From Candidatus Lokiarchaeum ossiferum (GTDB taxonomy: Archaea; Asgardarchaeota; Lokiarchaeia; Sigyniarchaeales; Promethearchaeaceae): a stretch of 32,000 bases of DNA. The stretch lies in assembly GCA_025839675.1 (NCBI GenBank), contig CP104013.1, forward strand, positions 690,001 to 722,000, in the 5' to 3' direction. The notes beneath the pieces are model-generated. The model worked only from the letters and a program-made list of their open reading frames with translations. It was not told the DNA's origin and made no database searches. Position numbers and translations under genes: made by a program. Of this stretch, positions 8,649-16,181 are shown piece by piece; position 1 is the stretch's first letter; every line of letters starts with the position of its first letter.

Positions 8649-9404
8649 ATGGCTTTTGATCCAGTGTACTATAGCTTTATGGAATATTTTACCTTAGTTT
8701 TATCCATTATTTTTTTATTTTATACAATCATTCCCTTAGCAAAATATATACAACGCAGAAAAATTATGGCGCTGTATTTTGCGTTATCAAACCTTACTTA
8801 CGTAATTACTCTTGCAGTCACGTATGTAGGGATAGTTACTTCTTTGGAAATGGATGATAAAAGTCCAAGTTTCATGGCAAGTATGTTTGTAATGAATATA
8901 TGCATGATTTGTGGAGGGTTTTGTTTATATTTATTCTGTTCAAAACTTGCTTCCATAAACAAGAAAAAAGTTCTCACAGTAGGAATAATTGGGCTAGCAT
9001 TTCTGGTCTTTTCAAGCTTACCTATTAATAATTGGATGGATCCGACTTCAAAAGGATTTCAGATCAAATACATATCATTCCTCTTGTTGACAATCTACAG
9101 TATAGGAGTATATTCTTCCATTATCCGCATTTTCGGTAAAGATCTAAAAAATTTGACCGAAATGAGAGGTCAATATCGTTCAATTGTTTATGGATCAATT
9201 TCATCAATGCTTTTCTTTGTTGGAATGTTAGTGAGATCCGCCGCTGCAATCAATTCAATATTATATAACGCAATAATCTGGTGTATTTTGGTTATTGGAG
9301 CCGGATTTTACTTCTTTGGGTTCATTCAACCAAGTTTAAAGAAAAAAGTAAAAGAATCAAAGGATGCTGATTTAGAAACAAAAAATATTGAGATAGTGAA
9401 TTAA
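8649..9404 (+). CDS. Integral membrane protein with seven hydrophobic segments, function unknown
   Basis: The track ORF starts at TTG 8604; the first ATG is 8649 (MAFDPVYYSF). I count seven ~20-aa hydrophobic stretches (FTLVLSIIFLFYTIIPL, ALYFALSNLTYVITLAVTYVGIV, FMASMFVMNICMICGGFCLYLF, VLTVGIIGLAFLVFSSL, ISFLLLTIYSIGVYSSII, IVYGSISSMLFFVGMLV, AIIWCILVIGAGFYFFGFI), then a charged tail. Two T7 tracts follow the stop. Confidence 0.75.
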   Translation: MAFDPVYYSFMEYFTLVLSIIFLFYTIIPLAKYIQRRKIMALYFALSNLTYVITLAVTYVGIVTSLEMDDKSPSFMASMFVMNICMICGGFCLYLFCSKLASINKKKVLTVGIIGLAFLVFSSLPINNWMDPTSKGFQIKYISFLLLTIYSIGVYSSIIRIFGKDLKNLTEMRGQYRSIVYGSISSMLFFVGMLVRSAAAINSILYNAIIWCILVIGAGFYFFGFIQPSLKKKVKESKDADLETKNIEIVN

Positions 9405-9424
9405 TTTTTTTGATTAATTTTTTT
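9405..9424 (+). terminator. Two T7 tracts within a 13-bp tandem duplication (TTAATTTTTTTGA x2) straight after the 7-helix protein stop
   Basis: T7 at 9405-9411 and 9418-9424. The repeat unit spans 9401-9413 and 9414-9426. Confidence 0.45.
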
Positions 9425-10003
9425 GATTTCTATTTTTCTATTCATTTTTTGTTAGCCTTTTACTTCTTTAGTAGAATTTGAGACCTATTTAAAAAATTAG
9501 CTCTCAGATAATCAAAAAATAATCCAGAATTAAGAAATTAGAAGGTGTTTCATCGAAATAGGAAGATTCAAGACAATTATGTTTAAATTTGAACAGAATT
9601 CGTTAAAGAAAAAATACATTTCTCTTTACATATCGGAAGATGTGAACGCATCGAGCATCCTGAACATGGATATACTTTATTTTGATTTATATCTTTTGTG
9701 TCTTCGGAATTCATATTAATTCACTTCTATCTTATATATTGATTAAATGTACTTATCCAATTATATTGGAAATAATAATAAAAAAAAGTTAATATTTTTA
9801 TCAAAATGATTATATCAAGGTAAGTAGGACTATAATCAGAATTTTATATCCTAATACTCATTATGTGATGTTAAACGAATAAATATCTTCTTTATTGGTT
9901 CAAAATGATTCAATTCGGATTTAATATGAAACTGTAGATACAAACCTTTTAAATTGAAACTACATTCAAAACTGTATAAACAAAATTATCTGAGGGATAA
10001 AAG

Positions 10004-10984
10004 ATGGTATTTTTGAGGTTACAAGAAAATTTAAGTCAATTAATTGAAACACTGGAGAACAAATACACAAAAACAGAAGTTTTTCCAGTATATTCTCACA
10101 TTAGTGGAGAGAAAGATAATACAGCGGAAATAACTTTTATTTTACATCCTAAAACACAAGAAAGTGTGAAGAACAAGTTAAAAATCAAAGATGTAAACAA
10201 ATTTTTTAATACATGTGTCCAAAAAAAAAACCTACCAAATTTTGAAGACAAAATGTTCAAGAAGATGGTTAATTTTTTTACACAAAATAGGAAGGAATAT
10301 GAGTTACCTCGGGAAAAATTATTATACCTTCTAAAGCGTCAAGATGCAGGGTTATCACTGAAAAAGTGGATTACTCAAAACGTGTTATATTCTTTTAATA
10401 ATTTGGATTATCCAGTTGCAAGTATAATTCAAAACGATACGGAAGAAGCATACTGTGCCATAATTTGCTCCTACGATATGAAGGAAGATGGACTTCTTTT
10501 GATGTTAGAGGATAAACTTGCAGAAATTTTACAAGAAAAATATAAAGGAACAGAAGGAATCCCAGAAAAAATTGCTTCAGATGAAACAGAATCTATTTTA
10601 GAAAAGGAACCTCCAATTGAAAAAACCGAAAAAAATGTTGAGAAAATTCCAGATATAAAAAAATCGGAAGAAATTGGCGAAGACGTCAAAGAATCCAAAG
10701 AAGTTGAAGATGCTAAAAAGAGCCCAGAAGCAAAAATCAACGAAAAAAAGAAACCAGAAGCAAAAATCAGTGAGAAAAAGAAAGTAGTCACAAAAAAAAT
10801 GGGGTTATTTGGGCCGATCTTGACTACTGTGAAGGATACTGAAGAACAGGAAAACGAAAATAAAACTATCGGGACTAAGGAAAAAGAACAAATTCCAGTT
10901 GAGGAACATTTAACTTCAGCAGAAAAACAAAAACTTGCTCGAAAAAGTTTGGCGCAAAGAAGAATGAAGCGAAACAAAAAATAA
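10004..10984 (+). CDS. Hypothetical protein: ~180-aa globular N-terminal part plus a Lys/Glu-rich low-complexity tail
   Basis: 326-aa ORF; GAGGGA Shine-Dalgarno upstream of ATG 10004; T10 tract 49 nt after the stop. I recognise no motif. The tail contains the in-frame duplication PEAKINEKKK/PEAKISEKKK. Confidence 0.7.
   Translation: MVFLRLQENLSQLIETLENKYTKTEVFPVYSHISGEKDNTAEITFILHPKTQESVKNKLKIKDVNKFFNTCVQKKNLPNFEDKMFKKMVNFFTQNRKEYELPREKLLYLLKRQDAGLSLKKWITQNVLYSFNNLDYPVASIIQNDTEEAYCAIICSYDMKEDGLLLMLEDKLAEILQEKYKGTEGIPEKIASDETESILEKEPPIEKTEKNVEKIPDIKKSEEIGEDVKESKEVEDAKKSPEAKINEKKKPEAKISEKKKVVTKKMGLFGPILTTVKDTEEQENENKTIGTKEKEQIPVEEHLTSAEKQKLARKSLAQRRMKRNKK
10724..10783 (+). repeat. In-frame 30-bp tandem duplication (2 copies, 27/30 identical)
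   Basis: CCAGAAGCAAAAATCAACGAAAAAAAGAAA (10724-10753) followed by CCAGAAGCAAAAATCAGTGAGAAAAAGAAA (10754-10783), encoding PEAKINEKKK / PEAKISEKKK. Confidence 0.9.
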
Positions 10985-11032
10985 TAGTATTAACTTGGTA
11001 GACGGGTCGTTAACACAAAGTAAAAAGAAGTC

Positions 11033-11042
11033 TTTTTTTTTT
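11033..11042 (+). terminator. Oligo-T tract (T10) 49 nt after the stop of the 10004..10984 gene
   Basis: T10 run read directly from the sequence. Confidence 0.45.
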
Positions 11043-11126
11043 CCTATTTCATTAGATGGGACAGGGTTTTTAGCGATAATAATAAATCGAAATACTATGA
11101 ACGTTTTTACCTAAACGAGATTGAAT

Positions 11127-11135
11127 AAAAAAAAA
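11127..11135 (-). terminator. Oligo-T tract (T9 on minus strand) 19 nt after the DUF2892 gene stop
   Basis: A9 on the plus strand. Confidence 0.4.
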
Positions 11136-11153
11136 TCCTTTCATATTAAGATA

Positions 11154-11360
11154 TTATTCACTTTTTGTTGAGATTTTGAGCGGACAATATAAAGGACAAA
11201 ACCCAATTGCAGATGTTACTAACATAATTAATCCAAAGATTCCCAGTACGATAGGTAACCAATTTAGATTACTAATACCTATAATCACTGCAACTACAAG
11301 CAAAATCAAACCAAGAACTAATCGAATTAGTCTGTCAGTTTTTCCCATGTTTTTTTTCAT
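11154..11360 (-). CDS. DUF2892 (YgaP-like transmembrane domain) small membrane protein
   Basis: 68 aa: MKKNMGKTDRLIRLVLGLILLVVAV...TSAIGFCPLYCPLKISTKSE. It matches the family pattern N-x-G-x-x-D-R-x-x-R, two TM helices, then G-x-C-P-x-Y...IST. A T9 tract (minus strand) lies 19 nt after the stop. Confidence 0.8.
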   Translation of the reverse strand: MKKNMGKTDRLIRLVLGLILLVVAVIIGISNLNWLPIVLGIFGLIMLVTSAIGFCPLYCPLKISTKSE

Positions 11361-11554
11361 GATAGATCACTTATTATATAGACTTAATGAAGCGATTACA
11401 TATAGAATCCTCGCTTAAAATTTGTTTTCTTTTAATGAAAAAAACATTTCAAATATAACACAAAAGAGGTATTTCAATTATTTTTGTTAGCCTTCCGTTA
11501 GAGGTAAATTGATAGGATGTCTAAAAAAGAGAGGAAAAAGAAGAAGAGAGAGAT

Positions 11555-12988
11555 TTATTTAAGTTGAACGATTTTTTTGAAGGTTTGAACAATTTCACGT
11601 TCAGAATGGTAAATCGGGATTTTAATTTCTTGAAAAATCTTTTCTGCTTCAATTAATTCATGATATTCACCAAATAACCAAATGAATATAGGTTTTTGGT
11701 GTCGAGCCATGATTTCTTTCAAAAGATTCCAATCGACTTTCCATGCAGTTGCATTATGATATGCTGCAACAAACGCAGCATTTATGCGAGGACTTGATAA
11801 ACCAATATCAATGCAATCTAATAAGATTCGTTGATAATCTCCTTTAGCATTTTCAACGGCAGGCCAATAATCAATAAGAGCATACTTATTAGGGGCCATC
11901 CAAGGAGGATATAATTTGGCGAGGTTTGAGTAGGTTTCATCATCTAAAAGTGGAATTTTTACTCCATATTTTTCGCTCCAATCTGCCATAATTGCTCCCG
12001 CTGCCCCAGAAATAGTCACAACACATGCAGATGCATCATAGATTGGTTTGATATTGGTATCCTTCATGAATGATAATGTACGTGTGATATTAAACAAATC
12101 CCAAAAATCATCCGCTTGGATACAGTGGCTTTGCGCAATAACCGCTTTTATCAACTCGGACTTTTCCGCTAAAGCCCCGGTATGAGAAGTTGTTGCATTT
12201 GATCCAATGGATGATAATCCACTTCGTAACAGAACAATTCTTTTTCCATAGTTTTTATACGCTTCATTACAAAGTTTAATAAAACGCCTTACATCTCGGA
12301 AGGATTCAATATACATACCGATCGTGGAGAGATCTTTATCATGAATTAAATACTCTAAAATATCATTTTCATCCAAATCCATCTTATTGCCAATAGTTAT
12401 GACATAGCGAACACCCAAGTTTGGATTTCGGCTTGTAAAATCGGGATAATATGCACCATTAATGAACCCTGATTGAGACACAATTGCCAATGAACCAGCT
12501 TTTGTTTTACCCATGGGTATAAAAGAAGAAAAGAAGCCTTCACCATCTTTTTCAACGAATGTGATACCAGTACAGTTCGGCCCTAAAACACGAATCTTTG
12601 TAAAATTTTCAGTCAGAGCTATGATTTGTTCTTTGAGTTTTTTCCCTTCTTCTCCAACTTCACCGAATCCAGCAGCCTCAATGATTGCTCCTTTTACCCC
12701 TTTTTGAATGCAATCTTTTAGCACTTGAATTGCCTTCGAACTGGGAATATACAATATCGCCAATTCTACAGAACCTTCTACTTCCGTTAAAGAAGTATAT
12801 AATTTACGTCCAAGAATTTCTCCCCCTTTAGGGTTGATTGGGTAGATTTTTCCCTTGTAGTTATGATCAATTAAATTTTGAACAAGTTTATAGCCGCTTT
12901 TATTTGGATTGGTTGATGCTCCAAAAACAGCAACAGATCTTGAATGGAAAAAAACATCCAAGTCGGTTGATTTATTTTGATCGGTCAT
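11555..12988 (-). CDS. acdA: Acetate--CoA ligase (ADP-forming) / acyl-CoA synthetase (NDP-forming), alpha subunit
   Basis: 477 aa. N-terminal CoA-binding Rossmann signature FFHSRSVAVFGASTNPNKSGYKLVQNL...KIYPINPKGGEILG. Also AIIEAAGFGEVGEEGKKL, GPNCTGI, GNKMDLDENDILEYL and the phosphohistidine segment TSHTGALA, all as in archaeal ACD alpha subunits. No beta (ATP-grasp) subunit gene is adjacent. Confidence 0.85.
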   Translation of the reverse strand: MTDQNKSTDLDVFFHSRSVAVFGASTNPNKSGYKLVQNLIDHNYKGKIYPINPKGGEILGRKLYTSLTEVEGSVELAILYIPSSKAIQVLKDCIQKGVKGAIIEAAGFGEVGEEGKKLKEQIIALTENFTKIRVLGPNCTGITFVEKDGEGFFSSFIPMGKTKAGSLAIVSQSGFINGAYYPDFTSRNPNLGVRYVITIGNKMDLDENDILEYLIHDKDLSTIGMYIESFRDVRRFIKLCNEAYKNYGKRIVLLRSGLSSIGSNATTSHTGALAEKSELIKAVIAQSHCIQADDFWDLFNITRTLSFMKDTNIKPIYDASACVVTISGAAGAIMADWSEKYGVKIPLLDDETYSNLAKLYPPWMAPNKYALIDYWPAVENAKGDYQRILLDCIDIGLSSPRINAAFVAAYHNATAWKVDWNLLKEIMARHQKPIFIWLFGEYHELIEAEKIFQEIKIPIYHSEREIVQTFKKIVQLK

Positions 12989-13102
12989 TATGATCTAGCT
13001 TTTTGTTGGCAATTTATAAAGTTTCTTGGAGAGGGATTTCTATCCCATCCATTTCATCGCATTTAATATGATAAGGAAGAAAAAAGGAACCATTTGAAAA
13101 AA

Positions 13103-13702
13103 TTAAGATGTAAAAAATCCATTTTTGGTGTCAAACCATTTAGAAACTTGTTTTGGAGGTGAATAATCTTCAAGATAGGTAAAAATCTCCGAAACAGAGC
13201 TAACAATATGAAATAGCTCACGATAACTCGGTTTTGCAAAGTTTTTTTCCATAATAGATTGAAATTGAGCAAGCATTGGTCCGTAGAAATTATCTAAATT
13301 AAAAATAATGATTGGTTTGGAATGATAATTTAATTGTTTCAAGGTAATCACTTCTAAAAGCTCTTCTAATGTTCCAAAACCCCCAGGAAGAATTAGAAAA
13401 GCATCAGCTAAACTTTCCATCTTCGCTTTACGAGAATGCATATCATCAGTTACAAATAACTGGTCTAATTCATCAAAAGCAGGAACATTTTCATGAATAG
13501 ATTTTGGAATTACTCCAATAACCTTTCCCCCATGATTTTTCACAGTTTGAGCCACTTTCGCCATCATACCGACTTTTCCACCGCCATATACAAGATTATA
13601 ATCATTTTCAACCATTTTAATACCAATATCTTGCGAGAGAGAATAGTAAAATTGTGATAGGGCATCACTGGAAGAGCAATAAACAGCTATCCATTTTTCC
13701 AT
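13103..13702 (-). CDS. LOG family protein (TIGR00730-type Rossmann fold; cytokinin riboside 5'-monophosphate phosphoribohydrolase-like)
   Basis: Track start 13708 is TTG; ATG at 13702 gives MEKWIAVYCSSS. Diagnostic motifs are YGGGKVGMMAKVA and PGGFGTLEELLEVIT (PGGxGTxEE). Confidence 0.85.
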   Translation of the reverse strand: MEKWIAVYCSSSDALSQFYYSLSQDIGIKMVENDYNLVYGGGKVGMMAKVAQTVKNHGGKVIGVIPKSIHENVPAFDELDQLFVTDDMHSRKAKMESLADAFLILPGGFGTLEELLEVITLKQLNYHSKPIIIFNLDNFYGPMLAQFQSIMEKNFAKPSYRELFHIVSSVSEIFTYLEDYSPPKQVSKWFDTKNGFFTS

Positions 13703-13847
13703 AAACAAAATAGATTTTGATTTTATTAGAAAATTTGGGTTTATCTCTAAATGGTGGATATCGTGGGATTAAAAAACATGAATATTTTTATAGGAAATTT
13801 CCTTTTACGGATTAAGTTAAATCTAAGTATTAGATTTGGGGAAATAT

Positions 13848-14435
13848 ATGTCAAATAGAAGTCAATTTTGTCCAGAATGTGGAAGACCACTTGGTATTAA
13901 TGATGTCTGCGAAAATTGCGGTCATAATATCAATCTACAAGTAGAAACGCAAGAAAATCTTTCGTCTCCAGCTGAAAAGAAAGAGAACGAATCAATCACA
14001 AACCAAACCCATATAAATCCGCATAGACATCTGTGGAATCCAATTGAAAAAGTTGTAGTTATTTTGGGAACATATGGATGGATCTTTTCAGCAGCAATCT
14101 CATTGTTATTCCTTATACTATCATTTATTGGAGTAATTGCGAGTTTTTCGGCAAATTTTCTGATAGACTTGTTATTTTCGGGTTTTGCATTATTTTTGAG
14201 TGTTCAATATGGAAAAAAATTCGCAGAAAGAGTTAAAGCTCGTGATTGGTACTACATCGTAAATAATGTGTGGATTATTGGTAGCTTTCGGATTCCAAAA
14301 ATGTTGGTAATCGGTTTAATTTTAGTACCTTTGTTAAATTGGTGGGGAGGATGGATTATTTTGCTTCCCGTAATCGCTATTACATTTATCGGACCGGTTC
14401 CAACGCAATGGTCCGTAACTAAAAAAAATAATTAA
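13848..14435 (+). CDS. Zinc-ribbon domain membrane protein (paralogue A)
   Basis: Track start 13836 is TTG; ATG 13848 (MSNRSQFCPECGRPL...CENCGHN) parallels the start of the neighbouring paralogue. It has an N-terminal CxxC-x11-CxxC ribbon, a polar linker, then about four hydrophobic segments. A T12 tract lies 25 nt after the stop. Confidence 0.8.
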   Translation: MSNRSQFCPECGRPLGINDVCENCGHNINLQVETQENLSSPAEKKENESITNQTHINPHRHLWNPIEKVVVILGTYGWIFSAAISLLFLILSFIGVIASFSANFLIDLLFSGFALFLSVQYGKKFAERVKARDWYYIVNNVWIIGSFRIPKMLVIGLILVPLLNWWGGWIILLPVIAITFIGPVPTQWSVTKKNN

Positions 14436-14459
14436 TCCCTCTATCAGATAATGGAGAGA

Positions 14460-14471
14460 TTTTTTTTTTTT
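14460..14471 (+). terminator. Oligo-T tract (T12) 25 nt after the zinc-ribbon paralogue A stop
   Basis: T12 run, implying that paralogues A and B are separate transcription units. Confidence 0.5.
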
Positions 14472-14586
14472 AATTCTAATTTATGGGTTTTTATCAAATA
14501 CTTACTTCTTTAAGATAAAAAGACACATGTGACATTAAAATTAAATATTCTATTTACAAATAAAATACAAATTAAAATGAGTAAAC

Positions 14587-15414
14587 ATGAGTCAAACAAT
14601 TCAATTCTGCCCCGAATGCGGAGAACCCATTATTAATGCAGAAAATTGCAAAAAATGTGGATATAATAGCGGTAAATCTAAAACCGATATCTCCTACATT
14701 AGTGAGAAACGACTTAATCTGTGGAAAAAAATCAAACCATCAATAAAATGGATTGGCACATATTCTTGGTTTTTTACAAGCATATTTGCTTTTACGTTTT
14801 TAATTATTGGATTTATCCGAATCTTCACGAGAAATTCTCTTTGGAGTTTCATTTTCTGGGGTCTCGCCTTCGGATTATCACTATACTTCCTGAAGCCCTA
14901 CTCAGAAAAGTACAAAGAAGAACAATGGTATTATTTAGTCAATGATGTCTGGGTTTTGGGAAATCTTAGATTACCTAAGCTGTTAATCCTATCTCTATCA
15001 ATTGATATACTTTTGCTTGGATTTGGAGGGTTGATCACAGTAATCCCGATTGTTTTAGTTATATTTCTTGGTCCGACCCCATATCATTGGTTAACGGACA
15101 CAATCCAAGGTGCCTCTAAACCTCCAAAAGAACCAAAACTCAAGAAAGAAAAAAAAGTAGTAACAAAAGAGAAACTGGTAAAAGCAGAACAAGAGCAACC
15201 TAAAGAAAAGAAGAAGAAACCAGTTGACAAAAAACCAAAAAAAGAACAAGAGATAAAAAAAAAAGTCCAGAAAAATTCATCAGAAAAGAATGATAAACAA
15301 GCCCTATATGATAAATTTAATGCGGAAACAGGTAAAAAGGCAATATGGAAAAATGCAGAAACTAAAGCATATATTGCTTGGGAAGAATCCCAAAATAATA
15401 CAACGAACGAATAG
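14587..15414 (+). CDS. Zinc-ribbon domain membrane protein (paralogue B) with Lys/Glu-rich C-terminal tail
   Basis: MSQTIQFCPECGEPI...CKKCGYN, then about four hydrophobic segments. It shares with paralogue A the block WYY[IL]VN[ND]VW[IV][IL]G[SN][FL]R[IL]PK[ML]L and the ending [FV][IL]GP[VT]P..W. An extra ~110-aa K/E/P-rich tail follows. Confidence 0.8.
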   Translation: MSQTIQFCPECGEPIINAENCKKCGYNSGKSKTDISYISEKRLNLWKKIKPSIKWIGTYSWFFTSIFAFTFLIIGFIRIFTRNSLWSFIFWGLAFGLSLYFLKPYSEKYKEEQWYYLVNDVWVLGNLRLPKLLILSLSIDILLLGFGGLITVIPIVLVIFLGPTPYHWLTDTIQGASKPPKEPKLKKEKKVVTKEKLVKAEQEQPKEKKKKPVDKKPKKEQEIKKKVQKNSSEKNDKQALYDKFNAETGKKAIWKNAETKAYIAWEESQNNTTNE

Positions 15415-15757
15415 TGGCCTTCTTTTGTTTCAAATTGTGAGTTGTACCAATTTTTTTCAATAATTTTTCAATGACATTAGGAGCATATTGAAAGAATATG
15501 GAATTCGAAATATTGCATTGTTCATCATTTAAATGATATATTGAGATATTTATCGAATAACGTAATATTTAGATAAGAGGAAGTTTCAATTTTAGTATAA
15601 GATCATATTCAGATATCACAAATTTTTAAGATAGCTTTGAAAAGCCCCTGAAGCATGAAAGTAGGATAAAACTGAAATTTTTTTTAGGTAGAAAGACTTT
15701 GTTTAATTATCTAACAATTGATTGGAATTATAATTTCTAACGATTAGGTGAAAATGC

Positions 15758-15958
15758 ATGGCAAAATGTCCAGAATGTGGTGGGGAAATGATATCTAAGT
15801 CCAAAAGGAAAATTTGTGAAACTTGCGGATTGAGTTTAACTGGAAGTCAATACGATAGCGCATGGGATAAAATTCGAGATAGCGCCCGAGATGAAGAAGA
15901 TACCTCAAGAAAACGTAATCGCGAATATCTGAATTGGTATGAAAGTTCGAAAAACTAA
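15758..15958 (+). CDS. Small (66-aa) zinc-ribbon protein
   Basis: MAKCPECGGEMISKSKRKICETCG (CxxC-x13-CxxC), followed by a charged helical tail. AGGTGA Shine-Dalgarno 6 nt upstream of the ATG; T8 tract 42 nt after the stop. Confidence 0.7.
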   Translation: MAKCPECGGEMISKSKRKICETCGLSLTGSQYDSAWDKIRDSARDEEDTSRKRNREYLNWYESSKN

Positions 15959-15999
15959 TTCTTCCCGAAAATGCAATTATGATTCATAAGCACTTATCC

Positions 16000-16007
16000 T
16001 TTTTTTT
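16000..16007 (+). terminator. Oligo-T tract (T8) 42 nt after the 66-aa zinc-ribbon gene stop
   Basis: T8 run read directly from the sequence. Confidence 0.4.
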
Positions 16008-16181
16008 AATCTATTTCTGTGCCATCAACCCCAACCATAGTATTTAAGAAATTAATTAAATAAGATTAAATATACCCTAAATGTTATTTTATGTAGAGCT
16101 TAAGAAGAAAATTGATCAGAACAATCGAATCAATGACATATTTATAAGTTCTATTTGAAAAATTTGCATTATGTGATAGGA

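Noticed and set aside
9445-9458. 14-mer TTTTTGTTAGCCTT shared between 9445-9458 and 11482-11495 (both intergenic)
   Set aside because: It is T-rich and short. In a 32-kb AT-rich window, matches of this composition and length are expected by chance, and the flanks show no extended similarity.
9579-9719. Sub-threshold small ORFs in long spacers: a 46-aa ORF at 9579..9719 (MFKFEQNSLKKKYISLY...) and a 53-aa ORF at 3773..3934 (MRDLLVFGISKTYRELLDD...)
   Set aside because: Neither has a convincing ribosome-binding site or a recognisable motif, and ORFs of this length arise by chance. They are worth checking only if RNA-seq or Ribo-seq data exist.
10471-10977. 168-aa minus-strand ORF rich in Phe/Ser, antisense to the 10004..10984 gene
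   Set aside because: It is the reverse complement of Lys/Glu (AAA/GAA) codons, which yields TTT/TTC/TCT runs without stops. This is a typical shadow ORF.
11176-11418. 80-aa plus-strand ORF overlapping the DUF2892 gene
   Set aside because: The minus-strand product matches a recognisable family pattern end to end, whereas the plus-strand translation has no features.
10770-15200. Shared KK(K)VVTK(K/E) peptide in the charged tails of the 10004..10984 and 14587..15414 proteins
   Set aside because: This is a low-complexity Lys-rich context. A 6-7 residue match in such sequence is not evidence of homology or of a shared motif.
15415-16181. Possible replication origin (oriC) in the spacers flanking orc1/cdc6
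   Set aside because: I could not find ORB/mini-ORB-like inverted repeats or any repeated element of 10 nt or more in either spacer. AT-richness alone is not informative in this genome. The question is kept as a finding, not called as a feature.
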